A DNA stretch of 64,000 bases from a virus (Duplodnaviria > Caudoviricetes). This document shows positions 9,618 to 19,708 of the stretch, piece by piece. The position numbers were made by a program, and so were the translations under genes. Numbering within the stretch: position 1 is the first letter of the stretch; every line of letters starts with the position of its first letter. The stretch lies in IMG/VR virus record IMGVR_UViG_3300031555_001437, one strand, 5' to 3'. The notes beneath the pieces are model-generated. The model was not told the DNA's origin. It made no database searches and saw only the letters and a program-made list of their open reading frames with translations.

Positions 9618-10310
9618 ATGAGTCTTTTCAAGGTATGTAGAGGAGCAGAGGGCAATCTACCATCCACACTTACAGATGGATATGCGTATTTTTGTACTGA
9701 TACTGGCTCCTTTTATATTGACCATAAAAACACGAGCAACACGCTCGTCAGATCTAAAATTTCCGCTAGATATGCGGAGAAACTGCGCTATATAAAAAAT
9801 GGCCAAACAATTGAGATTGATGCTGCTGATATCTTGACCGCAAGCAACGCTGTAACTACTATCGGTACAGCTACTACAAGCAAGGCTGGCTTTATGTCTA
9901 CGGCGGACAAAACGAAGCTCGACGGTGTGGCCGCTGGCGCAGAAAAAAATATTGTTTATGTTGGTCCTACTGCACCAACAGACCCGAACATTAAAGTTTG
10001 GATCAATACGTCCGAAGAGGGCACTGGTGTTATTCCAGTATTGCCAAGAATTACTACAGTTACACTGACATCAAGCAAATGGACTGGTTCGGCTAGCCCA
10101 TATAGTCAGGTCGTGACTGTTAATAGTGTTACTGCAAACAGCAAGGTTGACCTGCAGCCTACAGCTGCGCAGATAGTCAGTCTACAGAACGCAGACATTG
10201 CGCTGATGGCAGAAAACAATGGTGGCACAGTTACTTTTTATGCTTTTGGCGGCAAGCCCAGTTCTAATATGTCTATGCAGGTACTCTTAACGGAGGTGGC
10301 ATACGTATGA
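9618..10310 (+). CDS. Short fibre protein with Mtd_N-like N-terminus and C-terminal beta-sandwich tip
   Basis: N-terminus is a clear paralogue of 7450..9540 (LFKxxRGxExNL...DGxxYFCxDT...A(K/R)YA(D/E)KLRY). C-terminal 'VTLTSSKW...PYSQVVTV' domain is typical of phage fibre tips. Confidence 0.75.
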   Translation: MSLFKVCRGAEGNLPSTLTDGYAYFCTDTGSFYIDHKNTSNTLVRSKISARYAEKLRYIKNGQTIEIDAADILTASNAVTTIGTATTSKAGFMSTADKTKLDGVAAGAEKNIVYVGPTAPTDPNIKVWINTSEEGTGVIPVLPRITTVTLTSSKWTGSASPYSQVVTVNSVTANSKVDLQPTAAQIVSLQNADIALMAENNGGTVTFYAFGGKPSSNMSMQVLLTEVAYV

Positions 10311-10810
10311 TTAGTGGAAATATGATTGGGTCATATAGCCAAATCGGCAAGACGTTTATAATTGTCGATGAAAACGGAAATGAGATTGCTGGAGTTGTTA
10401 CTGATACCCCAGTTATCTTTACTGCGACAGACAACGACGTCCGCGAAGGTTCTGTTTACGCAAGTGATGATGGTATATCTACTGGTTCTAAAGTCATACC
10501 GAGTTATCACACAAATCACGGAGCAAAATTGGTTCCAGCAGGTAGTAAATTTACTATAAGATTATCTAAACTAGATTGTTATGATTATACAAACTTACAC
10601 GCTATGATTTGTGCCTGGAACACAAATTTATCGGATAGCGTTGCCACAGACAGAATTGTCGTGTTAAACGCCGTATATCCAGTTCAATCTACCGAGGCCA
10701 TTTCAAGTGTAACAAAAGACGATAGTACGAAAAGCATAATCCTTGGAATTACAAACGATACGGATTCTCCGTTTGTTATAAGATATATGACTTATAAAGA
10801 AATTGAGTAA
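10307..10810 (+). CDS. Hypothetical tail fibre-associated protein
   Basis: 167 aa. ATGA overlap with the previous gene. 'TATDNDVREG' motif seen in fibre-tip proteins. Confidence 0.6.
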   Translation: MISGNMIGSYSQIGKTFIIVDENGNEIAGVVTDTPVIFTATDNDVREGSVYASDDGISTGSKVIPSYHTNHGAKLVPAGSKFTIRLSKLDCYDYTNLHAMICAWNTNLSDSVATDRIVVLNAVYPVQSTEAISSVTKDDSTKSIILGITNDTDSPFVIRYMTYKEIE

Positions 10811-10832
10811 AATTTTTAGGAGGATAATTCCC

Positions 10833-11060
10833 ATGGCAGTTAATTATTATTACAATTACGCAATCGTTGACAGAGAGAGCATGATGTGTGTGGAGGTTCG
10901 TACCAGCACATTAGATCAGAGCGATGCATCTGACGAGTATGAAATTTATGTAACTATTCCAGAATATAACGAGGAATATATTTGCAAATTTTATAATGAG
11001 GCAGACGGTCAGTTTTATTATGATATAGAATACACTCAGATTTTTGATCCCAACGCCTAA
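10833..11060 (+). CDS. Small acidic protein, possible fibre chaperone
   Basis: ATG 10833 after AGGAGG. 'YAIVD...C...KFYN...GQF' pattern. Confidence 0.6.
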   Translation: MAVNYYYNYAIVDRESMMCVEVRTSTLDQSDASDEYEIYVTIPEYNEEYICKFYNEADGQFYYDIEYTQIFDPNA

Positions 11061-11113
11061 AAACAAAACACAATAAAATGATTAATTTTAACAAAAGATA
11101 AGGAGGTTACGCT

Positions 11114-12223
11114 ATGTCAGTAACCTATGTGAGAAATGCTAGTGGTCAATTTGAAATGGTTGGCCCAGGTGGAGCCACAACGGACACCACCTTAACTCAG
11201 GCTGGAAAGCCCGCAGATGCAGCAGCTGTTGGAAATGCACTATCTAATTACGCAACAACAGTTGCTTTAAATAGCCAGTTTAACTCGTGCAGAGAAGATT
11301 TGGACGAACTTATGTCTAAATCGCACAATATTTTTAGTAGCCTGACTGAAATTGGCATTACCACCTTCCCGACAACTATGAGTGCGGTCGCTTCTGCAAT
11401 GCCAGAGAATAGCATGATTGTTATTGATACTCGTAGAGTAAATGGTTCTGGAACTACTTATGGCACAGAGACTATTTCTGACTGGAACAGTGACACCAAT
11501 GGTATGGCTATCATTATGAAGGGCGCTACGACTGCTCGCGTTACAATGATGATTTTGTACGGGTCTAGCGAGTCAGATCATGGTGACTGGACTGTTGGTA
11601 ATTATGCCGTAACCAATAATACTGTTAGTTGGTCTACGTCCAAGAGTTTTCTTGACAAGAAGATTGATAAGATTACTAATAAATCAGCGGTTGACTTGAA
11701 TACTTTGACTGAACCTGGATTCTATTTTGTCTCCTCTGGAACGACAGCTTTAAATTTCCCTATTGGCGTAAATGGCCACGTGCTAGTTATGTCTGACGGA
11801 AATGGTAGAATTAGACAGTTGTTTATGAGACTTGGCACTGCAGATAGCAATAACTTCCAGTGGTATACAAGAACGTGCCATACTGATGCTTGGAGTAAAT
11901 GGTGGTTGGTGTGCGGTCAGGAAAAAGTCTGGAACGGAGGCACGGTGCTCAACTCTGAAATCAATATTGGTAGCCGTTATGGCTGTCAGTCCTGGGTTGT
12001 TGTGGCACGACTGCAAAACACTGGTGCTCTTGCGTCTGTAGTCATTCCACGTGCGTTTTTGACGGACGATCCTACCGAATATGGACGGTGGCAAATCGCT
12101 GACGAGGAATGTTATATTAGTTTTTATTTTTATTACAAAGCAGACAACAATGTTTATTTGAAGGTTATTGACCAGACAAACAGCGAATATACGACGTTGA
12201 AATACGTCTATAGAACTACATAA
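11114..12223 (+). CDS. Tail fibre/receptor-binding protein with pyocin-knob-like domain
   Basis: 'DTTLTQAGKPADAAAVG' stalk motif. 'DLNTLTEPGFY...NFP...RQ...WYTR...WSKW' knob pattern. Confidence 0.75.
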   Translation: MSVTYVRNASGQFEMVGPGGATTDTTLTQAGKPADAAAVGNALSNYATTVALNSQFNSCREDLDELMSKSHNIFSSLTEIGITTFPTTMSAVASAMPENSMIVIDTRRVNGSGTTYGTETISDWNSDTNGMAIIMKGATTARVTMMILYGSSESDHGDWTVGNYAVTNNTVSWSTSKSFLDKKIDKITNKSAVDLNTLTEPGFYFVSSGTTALNFPIGVNGHVLVMSDGNGRIRQLFMRLGTADSNNFQWYTRTCHTDAWSKWWLVCGQEKVWNGGTVLNSEINIGSRYGCQSWVVVARLQNTGALASVVIPRAFLTDDPTEYGRWQIADEECYISFYFYYKADNNVYLKVIDQTNSEYTTLKYVYRTT

Positions 12224-12236
12224 GGAGGGATGATAT

Positions 12237-12608
12237 ATGCAGGTTATTTTAAATGAGCAAAGATATGTACAGGCATATGCATTAGTCGGCGAATTCGGCT
12301 CCGATGCTGTCGTTGTTAATGAGCCTGAAAACATTGATGATTTTGAGAACAACTATCGCAGTTATTATCTTTCTGAGGCGAATGTGCTGGTAAAAAGCCA
12401 GGATAAACAGAAGGAAATAGAAAATGAACGGGAGCTTATTGCTTTGCGCTCTAAGCGTGAAAAGATTTGTTTCCCATACGTGAATCGTGGTTATTTGTGG
12501 TATAGCAAGTTAACCGCAGAACAAAAGAATGAGTTGGATGTCTGGTATCAGGCTTGGCTTGACGTTACTGAGACGAAGACTATTCCAGATACACCAACTT
12601 GGCTATAA
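12237..12608 (+). CDS. Tail fibre assembly chaperone
   Basis: 'LRSKRE...ELDVWYQAWLDVT...PDTPTWL' is the Tfa-type chaperone pattern. Directly follows a fibre gene. Confidence 0.75.
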   Translation: MQVILNEQRYVQAYALVGEFGSDAVVVNEPENIDDFENNYRSYYLSEANVLVKSQDKQKEIENERELIALRSKREKICFPYVNRGYLWYSKLTAEQKNELDVWYQAWLDVTETKTIPDTPTWL

Positions 12609-12619
12609 ATATTAAACAC

Positions 12620-12653
12620 GGGGCGTGAATGAAAGCATTTGCGCCCTTTATTT
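12620..12653 (+). terminator. Intrinsic terminator-like hairpin
   Basis: GGGCGTGAATG-AAAG-CATTTGCGCCC followed by TTTATTT. Confidence 0.6.
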
Positions 12654-12673
12654 CGAAAGGAGGCATTTGATAA

Positions 12674-15600
12674 ATGTCAACTAAGAAAATACAAATTGTC
12701 GGCAGTTTAGTTCCTGACGTTGCTACTAGTGGCCAAAACGGATTAATGTCCTCTGCCGATAAAGTTAAATTAGACAGTATTGCAACTGGAGCGACCAATA
12801 CTGTTGTTGATGATGCTCTAAATGATGCATCAACAAATCCTGTTCAAAATAAAGTTATTAGTTCTAAGTTTAATGAAGTCGACGCTAAATTTGCAGAAGC
12901 AAAAGTGTTTGTTGCTATTTATGGCGTAACGACTTATCAAGAGGTTATCAATGCTGTTAACGCAGGTCGTGTCGTACAAGCTAAAAACGAGGCTGGAATC
13001 ATTCACAATCTAGCCGTGGCGGCAGCAGGCGAAGGCTGTGTATTCACACAAACCGAAGGTATGGCGGTGTATGCCTTAATTTTAACTCTTGATGATCAAT
13101 GGGAAGAGGGTTATATTGAGTTACCAACTGCAGATGGGTATTATACTAAAGACGTTATCGACCAGCTTCTTGTAAACAAAGCTGACACTACTCTTGCCAC
13201 AACTACATCACAAGGTTTAATGTCCGCTGAAGACAAAAAGAAGTTGAATACTATTGCAGAAGGCGCTACAAAAGTTATTGTTGATAGTTATCTCAGCACT
13301 GGTTCTAACAACGCTATAAGTAATGCCGCTGTTACTGAACGTTTTATGTCTCTAACACCTGTAATGGGTTATACTGATCCAAGTCAATCTGACTATATGA
13401 GTCCTGCAGCCGTATTGAGTGCAGCGACTTCTGGCAAAACTGTTTACATGATTCATCAAGGGAACATAGATGGACTCGGGACTGTTATCATTACATTTAA
13501 TAATGCATCTTTGTTTTATTCATTAGACGGAGACGGCATGTACGTAGTTGCAAACCAGATTGTTCCTCAAGCAGATGGAAGCTATGTTAACGCGCAGTTA
13601 AAGGGCATATTGGATGAAACTAATAGTACATCACATTGGGAGTTATCTTCAGAGCCTATCGCTAAGCAAAGCGACGTAGAGCAAGCACTCAGTGATTATC
13701 CTCTAATTGGCAACACTACAGAGTTAACTCCTACTCAAGTGGCTGAGGCAATTAATGCAGGTAGACCTATTTGTATTAATCATAATGACGCAACATATGG
13801 ACTGCTCACGATTAATTATGCTGGCCTCGCAGTTGATCAGCAATGTGTCCTTGCTTCCACAATAGTATACTATGCAGGAAACTTTATGATTTGCGAGCTA
13901 CTTGGTTCTCTCGTCGATAATCAGTGGCAAGTAATGTCTACAGTTGTTGCAGAAAAAACTACAGCAACATCCTCGCAAGATGGCTTAATGTCTGCAGCTG
14001 ATAAGTCTAAGCTTGACGGAATCGCAACTAACGCTAACAACTACACTTTACCATCAGCTGGCTCTTCTCTTGGTGGCGTTAAGTCAGGTGGCGATGTTAC
14101 AATTAGTGATGGTGTTATTACAGTTAAAGATGATAGCCACAATCATGTTATCTCTAATATTGATGGTTTACAAGACGCACTGAACGCAAAGGCTACGAAA
14201 GATGCTGCAAGTCAGTCTGCCGCAGGACTTATGTCTGCAGATGACAAGAAAAAACTCGATGGCATCGCTACTGGTGCAACGAAGATCACTGTAGACTCTG
14301 CATTGAGTTCCTCTTCTGCGAATCCTGTTCAAAACAAAGCGGTTCACGCTGCTTTAGCAGATAAGGCTGATAAAAACCACCCTCACGATTACATCCCAAC
14401 TTCTCAAAAGGGAGCGGCTAGTGGTGTTGCAAGTCTTGACAGTAATGGCAAGGTTCCTACTTCCCAACTTCCTTCTTACGTAGATGATGTTATTGAGGCA
14501 ACTAGCAAATCTTCCTTCCCTGCAACAGGCGAAACTGGCAAGATTTATGTTGACACTTCTACTAATAAGACATATAGATGGGGTGGTTCAGCATATGTTG
14601 AGATTTCCGCTTCTCTTGCAATAGGTACGACTAGTTCTACTGCTGCTGCTGGTAATCATATTCACAGCGCTGCGACTACTTCTGTTGCAGGTTTGATGAG
14701 TGCTGCTGATAAGTCTAAATTAGACGGTATCGCAAGTGGAGCGAATAAATATACACACCCGACATATACATCTAAGACCTCTGGCTTATATAAGATTACT
14801 GTTGACGGTGAAGGTCATGTCTCTGGAGCAACTGCGGTAGCTAAGTCTGATATTACCGCACTAGGCATCCCGTCTTCCGATACGACATATAGTGCTGCGA
14901 CTACGAGTGCGGCAGGTTTGATGTCTGCATCAGATAAGTCCAAACTGGATGGTATTGCAAGCGGAGCTAATGCATATACGCACCCTACATACACTGCAAA
15001 GGGTTCTGGCCTGTATAAAGTTACTATCGACGCAAGCGGACACGTATCCGCTGCAACTTCGGTAACTAAGACAGATATCACTGCTCTTGGTATTCCTAGT
15101 AGCGACACGACTTATTCTGCAGCAACAACCAGTACAGCGGGTCTAATGAGTGCTTCCGATAAATCTAAACTCGATGGTATTGCGTCTGGAGCAACCAAAT
15201 ATAGTCACCCAACTTATACATCAAAGACGAGTGGATTGTATAAGATCACAGTTGATGGAACTGGTCACGTTTCTTCAGCGACCGCTGTTGCAAAATCCGA
15301 TATCACTGCTCTCGGTATTCCGTCCTCTGATACAACATACTCAGCAGCGACAACATCCTCTGCTGGATTAATGTCTGCAGCGGACAAAACAAAACTAGAC
15401 GGTGTTGCTACGGGAGCTAATAACTATACGCTTCCTGCAGCAGGTTCTTCTCTTGGCGGTGTTAAAACTGGTGGAGACGTTACTATTAGTGACGGAGTTA
15501 TTACAGTTAAGGACGACAGCCACAATCACGTTATTGCTAATGTAGATGGTTTGCAAGATGCACTTAATGCAAAGGCTACAAAAGATGTTGCAAGTCAGTC

Positions 15601-18600
15601 TGCCCCTGGTCTTATGAGTGCTGATGATAAGAAGAAGTTAGACAGTGTTGCAAGTGGGGCTAACGCATATAGTCTGCCTACTGCGTCTGCAAGCACTCTT
15701 GGTGGTGTTAAGGTTGGTACAAACCTGAGCATCTCGAATGGTGTTTTGTCTGCTAAAGATACAACATATAGTGCAGCGACTACGAGTGCGGCAGGTCTCC
15801 TGTCCGCAACTGATAAGTCAAAGCTTGACGGTATAGCTACTGGTGCGACGAAAATCACAGTAGATTCTGCGTTGAGCTCTTCTTCTACAAACCCTGTTCA
15901 GAATAAAGCAGTTAACGCTGCTTTGGAAGGAAAAGCTGATAAGTCACAAGCTATTTTCTATATTCAAGGCGGTGGCACTACTGATACTACTAATAAAGTA
16001 GCAACTTGGACTGGTTCTCATAGCGACATTACTGAGTATTATGATGGCCTCATGATTGCTTATAAAGTTGGAACTGCTGCTTCTACAACTACTACATTAA
16101 ATATTAACAACCTCGGCGCTGTTAAAGTTGTAAGAAACGTTACTACAGCAGTTTCTACTGCTTATGGTGTTCATGCTATTGTGCTGTTAACATACACCAC
16201 AGACAGTAGTGGAACTTCTTATTGGAAGGTTGCCGATTATGACAGCGACACCAAGACTCGTTCTTCAAATAAAGCAGATACAAAGATGTATATCATCGGC
16301 GCATCTTCTCAAAGTACAAGTGGTCAAACTACTTATAGTAACAGCAAGTGTTATATTGGAGCAGACAACTGCTTGTATAGTGACGGTAAAAAGGTTGCGA
16401 CAGCTGATGCAGCAACTGCTGACTCTGCAGGTTTAATGTCTGCTGAAGATAAAACTAAGCTTGACGGTATTGCGTCTGGAGCTAATAAGACAGTTGTAGA
16501 TAGTGCTCTGAGTAGCTCTTCTACAAACCCTGTGCAGAATAAAGTTGTTAATACTGCACTTGAGGAAAAGATGAATGCTACCAATCCAGTCGGAACTGGT
16601 TCATTCAGTATGAACAGAAAGAGTGGCACCGCCATTGGAACGAGGTCTTTTGCAGAAGGTCATGATACAACTGCTAGCGGAAATTATTCTCATGCAGAAG
16701 GTAGTGGTACGATAGCCCTAGGACTCAGATCTCACGCAGAAGGTAACAGTAGAACGGAGTCAGTTACGTTAACTGGTGCTGCCAATGTAAAAACCTATAC
16801 TTTTAGTAGTGCTTCTTCGATAAGAATTGGCAATATTATAAACTACGGAGATATATATGCCAAAGCTACGAGCATTGACACAACAAATAAGACGGTAACT
16901 TTAAATAAGACGTTGTCTGCCGATACTGCTTTATCGTCTGCTGGTGCAAAAATAATATATGGTATTGCTGTTGGACTAAACTCTCACTCAGAGGGTAATA
17001 GTACAACTGCTGGAGGGACTGATTCTCATGCAGAATGTTATAATACAATTGCTAGTGGAGATAATTCTCATGCAGAGGGTAGTACTACAATAGCTAGTGG
17101 AAGCAGCTCTCACGCAGAAGGTAGTACTACAATAGCTAGTGGATACTATTCTCATGCAGAGGGTTATGGCACAACTGCACAGAGCAAATCTCAGCATGTT
17201 CAAGGCGAGTATAATATCGTCGATACATCCGATAGTGTTGGCCTTCGTGGCAAATATGCTCACATTGTAGGTAATGGCTCTGCAGAAGACGCTCGTTCCA
17301 ACGCTCATACTCTAGATTGGAATGGTAACGGTTGGTTTGCGGGTCAATTAAAAGTTGGTGGCACTGGTCAAGATGACACTGCAGCTAAGACCGTAGCAAC
17401 GCTAAATGACATACCTGAGAATGTCCAATCCGACTGGAACCAGATGGATGAAACTGCGCCTGATTATGTAAAGAATAGAACACACTACTACAAGGTCATA
17501 GAAAATCCTATATTAGAGGAGACTGCATTAGAGTTTACTCCTGATAACAGCTACTATGTCGCAATAACGCCTAGTACTACATTGGTCGTAGGAAATACCT
17601 ACAAAGTTGTTTATGATGATGTAGAATATAAATTAACTGCTACTCTTGATGAAGTCAACAATACGGTGTGGTTAGGTAACGCTAGTATAGCATATGGTGA
17701 TCCTATCAGTGAAGAACCTTTCTTTATTGAAGGATTTTCCAATCAAAATCTGGCAGGTGTTTACCCTAAAGAAATAAGTGACGTTAACCTTGACTGGGTA
17801 ACAACATATACTCATACCATATCTATTTCCGAATACCATGAAGACCTCAAAAAACTCCCCGAACCAGTAATTCCTGACGAAATACCTCGTATGAAGGATG
17901 TACCTCATGTTGAAGGTAGCGGTAAGATTTTACTAGCAAGAGCTATAGAGCAAAAAAGAGCTAGTCAACAGGTTTTACTTGGTTTAAACGATACTCTGAA
18001 ACTTGAGTCAGATAAGACGTATGCTGTAATATATGATGGTGTCACATATAATACTATACCAGTAAGTACACAGGAAGGTTATATTGAGTTAGGTGCTATG
18101 TGGGACGAAAATACTTATGAGTATGACTACTCTGAATATCCCTTTAATATATACTACGACAGTGAAAGTCTCAAAACATATATAATATCTAGTGCTGTTG
18201 GTGAACATACAGTTACCATTAAAGAGGGTAGTATTCATAAACTAGATGCAGTGTTCCTACCAGACAATGTATTAATTGGTGAAAGTGAAACTGTAATATA
18301 CCATGAGACGTATAAATTTACTACTACAGCTAGAAAAGTCAATTCATCATATCCTATACAAGTAGACAAGGAATACACTGTTGTATTTGATGGTAATATA
18401 TATAAACTCACAGTTGATTATGATGAAGATAATGACGAATATCATATAGGAACGCTCCAGACTAATGGTTTTTATATTTATGGATATCCTGGTGAGTCCT
18501 GGCAAACTAGCGTTAAAACATATGGTTTCCATACAATTTCAATTAGTACAACAATTGCATCTAAAATGCCATCTAGTTTACCTGCAGTAACAGCAAGCGA

Positions 18601-18679
18601 TAACGGAGCTTTTCTTCGTGTCGTTGACGGCACATGGGCGGCAGTTCAATTACCTAATGTAGAGGAGGGTGAGTTTTGA
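12674..18679 (+). CDS. Giant modular fibre/adhesin (2001 aa) with YadA-head-like SHAEG repeats
   Basis: Eleven GLMS-DK connectors, modules shared with 7450..9540, (A)SGxxSHAEG repeats at ~16640-17210, and three repeated C-terminal beta domains (Y.V.YDG..Y). Confidence 0.8.
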   Translation: MSTKKIQIVGSLVPDVATSGQNGLMSSADKVKLDSIATGATNTVVDDALNDASTNPVQNKVISSKFNEVDAKFAEAKVFVAIYGVTTYQEVINAVNAGRVVQAKNEAGIIHNLAVAAAGEGCVFTQTEGMAVYALILTLDDQWEEGYIELPTADGYYTKDVIDQLLVNKADTTLATTTSQGLMSAEDKKKLNTIAEGATKVIVDSYLSTGSNNAISNAAVTERFMSLTPVMGYTDPSQSDYMSPAAVLSAATSGKTVYMIHQGNIDGLGTVIITFNNASLFYSLDGDGMYVVANQIVPQADGSYVNAQLKGILDETNSTSHWELSSEPIAKQSDVEQALSDYPLIGNTTELTPTQVAEAINAGRPICINHNDATYGLLTINYAGLAVDQQCVLASTIVYYAGNFMICELLGSLVDNQWQVMSTVVAEKTTATSSQDGLMSAADKSKLDGIATNANNYTLPSAGSSLGGVKSGGDVTISDGVITVKDDSHNHVISNIDGLQDALNAKATKDAASQSAAGLMSADDKKKLDGIATGATKITVDSALSSSSANPVQNKAVHAALADKADKNHPHDYIPTSQKGAASGVASLDSNGKVPTSQLPSYVDDVIEATSKSSFPATGETGKIYVDTSTNKTYRWGGSAYVEISASLAIGTTSSTAAAGNHIHSAATTSVAGLMSAADKSKLDGIASGANKYTHPTYTSKTSGLYKITVDGEGHVSGATAVAKSDITALGIPSSDTTYSAATTSAAGLMSASDKSKLDGIASGANAYTHPTYTAKGSGLYKVTIDASGHVSAATSVTKTDITALGIPSSDTTYSAATTSTAGLMSASDKSKLDGIASGATKYSHPTYTSKTSGLYKITVDGTGHVSSATAVAKSDITALGIPSSDTTYSAATTSSAGLMSAADKTKLDGVATGANNYTLPAAGSSLGGVKTGGDVTISDGVITVKDDSHNHVIANVDGLQDALNAKATKDVASQSAPGLMSADDKKKLDSVASGANAYSLPTASASTLGGVKVGTNLSISNGVLSAKDTTYSAATTSAAGLLSATDKSKLDGIATGATKITVDSALSSSSTNPVQNKAVNAALEGKADKSQAIFYIQGGGTTDTTNKVATWTGSHSDITEYYDGLMIAYKVGTAASTTTTLNINNLGAVKVVRNVTTAVSTAYGVHAIVLLTYTTDSSGTSYWKVADYDSDTKTRSSNKADTKMYIIGASSQSTSGQTTYSNSKCYIGADNCLYSDGKKVATADAATADSAGLMSAEDKTKLDGIASGANKTVVDSALSSSSTNPVQNKVVNTALEEKMNATNPVGTGSFSMNRKSGTAIGTRSFAEGHDTTASGNYSHAEGSGTIALGLRSHAEGNSRTESVTLTGAANVKTYTFSSASSIRIGNIINYGDIYAKATSIDTTNKTVTLNKTLSADTALSSAGAKIIYGIAVGLNSHSEGNSTTAGGTDSHAECYNTIASGDNSHAEGSTTIASGSSSHAEGSTTIASGYYSHAEGYGTTAQSKSQHVQGEYNIVDTSDSVGLRGKYAHIVGNGSAEDARSNAHTLDWNGNGWFAGQLKVGGTGQDDTAAKTVATLNDIPENVQSDWNQMDETAPDYVKNRTHYYKVIENPILEETALEFTPDNSYYVAITPSTTLVVGNTYKVVYDDVEYKLTATLDEVNNTVWLGNASIAYGDPISEEPFFIEGFSNQNLAGVYPKEISDVNLDWVTTYTHTISISEYHEDLKKLPEPVIPDEIPRMKDVPHVEGSGKILLARAIEQKRASQQVLLGLNDTLKLESDKTYAVIYDGVTYNTIPVSTQEGYIELGAMWDENTYEYDYSEYPFNIYYDSESLKTYIISSAVGEHTVTIKEGSIHKLDAVFLPDNVLIGESETVIYHETYKFTTTARKVNSSYPIQVDKEYTVVFDGNIYKLTVDYDEDNDEYHIGTLQTNGFYIYGYPGESWQTSVKTYGFHTISISTTIASKMPSSLPAVTASDNGAFLRVVDGTWAAVQLPNVEEGEF

Positions 18680-19707
18680 TGGCGGAATATCTTATTAGAG
18701 AAGAACAAGTAAAACAGTTAGCCGATATTGTAAGAGAGAAAAATGCTGATATTATGTTAGTTTCTGATAGAGATAATTTTAATATTAGCGAGTTACCTGA
18801 AGGTATTACTAGTATTGGTGATTATACATTCTATAACTGTACTAAATTAGCTTTAACATCTTTACCTGCAGGTGTTACTAGTATTGGTCATCAGACTTTC
18901 TATAACTGTACTAATTTAGCATTGACGTCATTACCTGAAGGTATTACTAGTATTGGTATTTATGCATTTGATGCTTGCCAGAACTTAGCATTAACATCTC
19001 TACCTGAAGGTATTACTAGTATTAACTTGAGGACATTCTACGGTTGTACTAATTTAGCATTGATGTCATTACCTGAAGGTATTACTGTTATTGGACAAGC
19101 CGCCTTCTATAACTGTACTAATTTAGCATTGACGTCATTACCTGAAGGTATTACTAGTATTGGTGATTATACATTCTATAACTGTACTAAATTAGCTTTA
19201 ACATCTTTACCTGCAGGTGTTACTAGTATTGGTAATAGTGCGTTCTCTAAGTGTTCTCATTTAGTACTAACATCTTTACCTGCAGGAATTACTAGTATTG
19301 GTGATTATGCATTTAATGGTTGTACTAATCTAGCATTAACGTCATTACCTGAAGGAATTACTAGTATTGGTGAAGGTGTTTTTTGGTCGTGTTCTAATCT
19401 AGCATTAACATCTCTACCTGAAGGAATTACTAGCATTGGTAATAGTGCGTTCTCTCAGTGTTCTAATCTAGAATTAACATCTCTACCTGAAGGAATTACT
19501 AGTATTGGTCGTCAGGCTTTCTATAACTGTGTCGGCCTAACAACTTTAACTTTCAAAGGTACACCTACATCAATTAATTCACAAGCATTTCAGAATTGTA
19601 CCAATCTAACAACAATCAACGTTCCATGGGCTGAGGGTGCAGTTGCTAATGCACCATGGGGAGCTACTAATGCTACTATAAATTATAACTATACGGAGGT
19701 AGGATAA
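18679..19707 (+). CDS. BspA-type (LRR_5) leucine-rich repeat protein 1
   Basis: Eleven 23-aa repeats LALTSLPEGITSIGxx(A/T)FxxC plus a cap ending APWGATNATINY. Start overlaps the previous stop (TGATG). Confidence 0.9.
   Translation: MAEYLIREEQVKQLADIVREKNADIMLVSDRDNFNISELPEGITSIGDYTFYNCTKLALTSLPAGVTSIGHQTFYNCTNLALTSLPEGITSIGIYAFDACQNLALTSLPEGITSINLRTFYGCTNLALMSLPEGITVIGQAAFYNCTNLALTSLPEGITSIGDYTFYNCTKLALTSLPAGVTSIGNSAFSKCSHLVLTSLPAGITSIGDYAFNGCTNLALTSLPEGITSIGEGVFWSCSNLALTSLPEGITSIGNSAFSQCSNLELTSLPEGITSIGRQAFYNCVGLTTLTFKGTPTSINSQAFQNCTNLTTINVPWAEGAVANAPWGATNATINYNYTEVG
18788..19545 (+). repeat. 69-bp tandem coding repeat array (LRR units)
   Basis: Near-identical TTAGCATTAACATCTCTACCTGAAGGAATTACTAGTATTGGT cores every 69 bp. 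18793-18888 equals 19138-19233 exactly (96 nt). Confidence 0.9.
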
Positions 19708-19708
19708 T

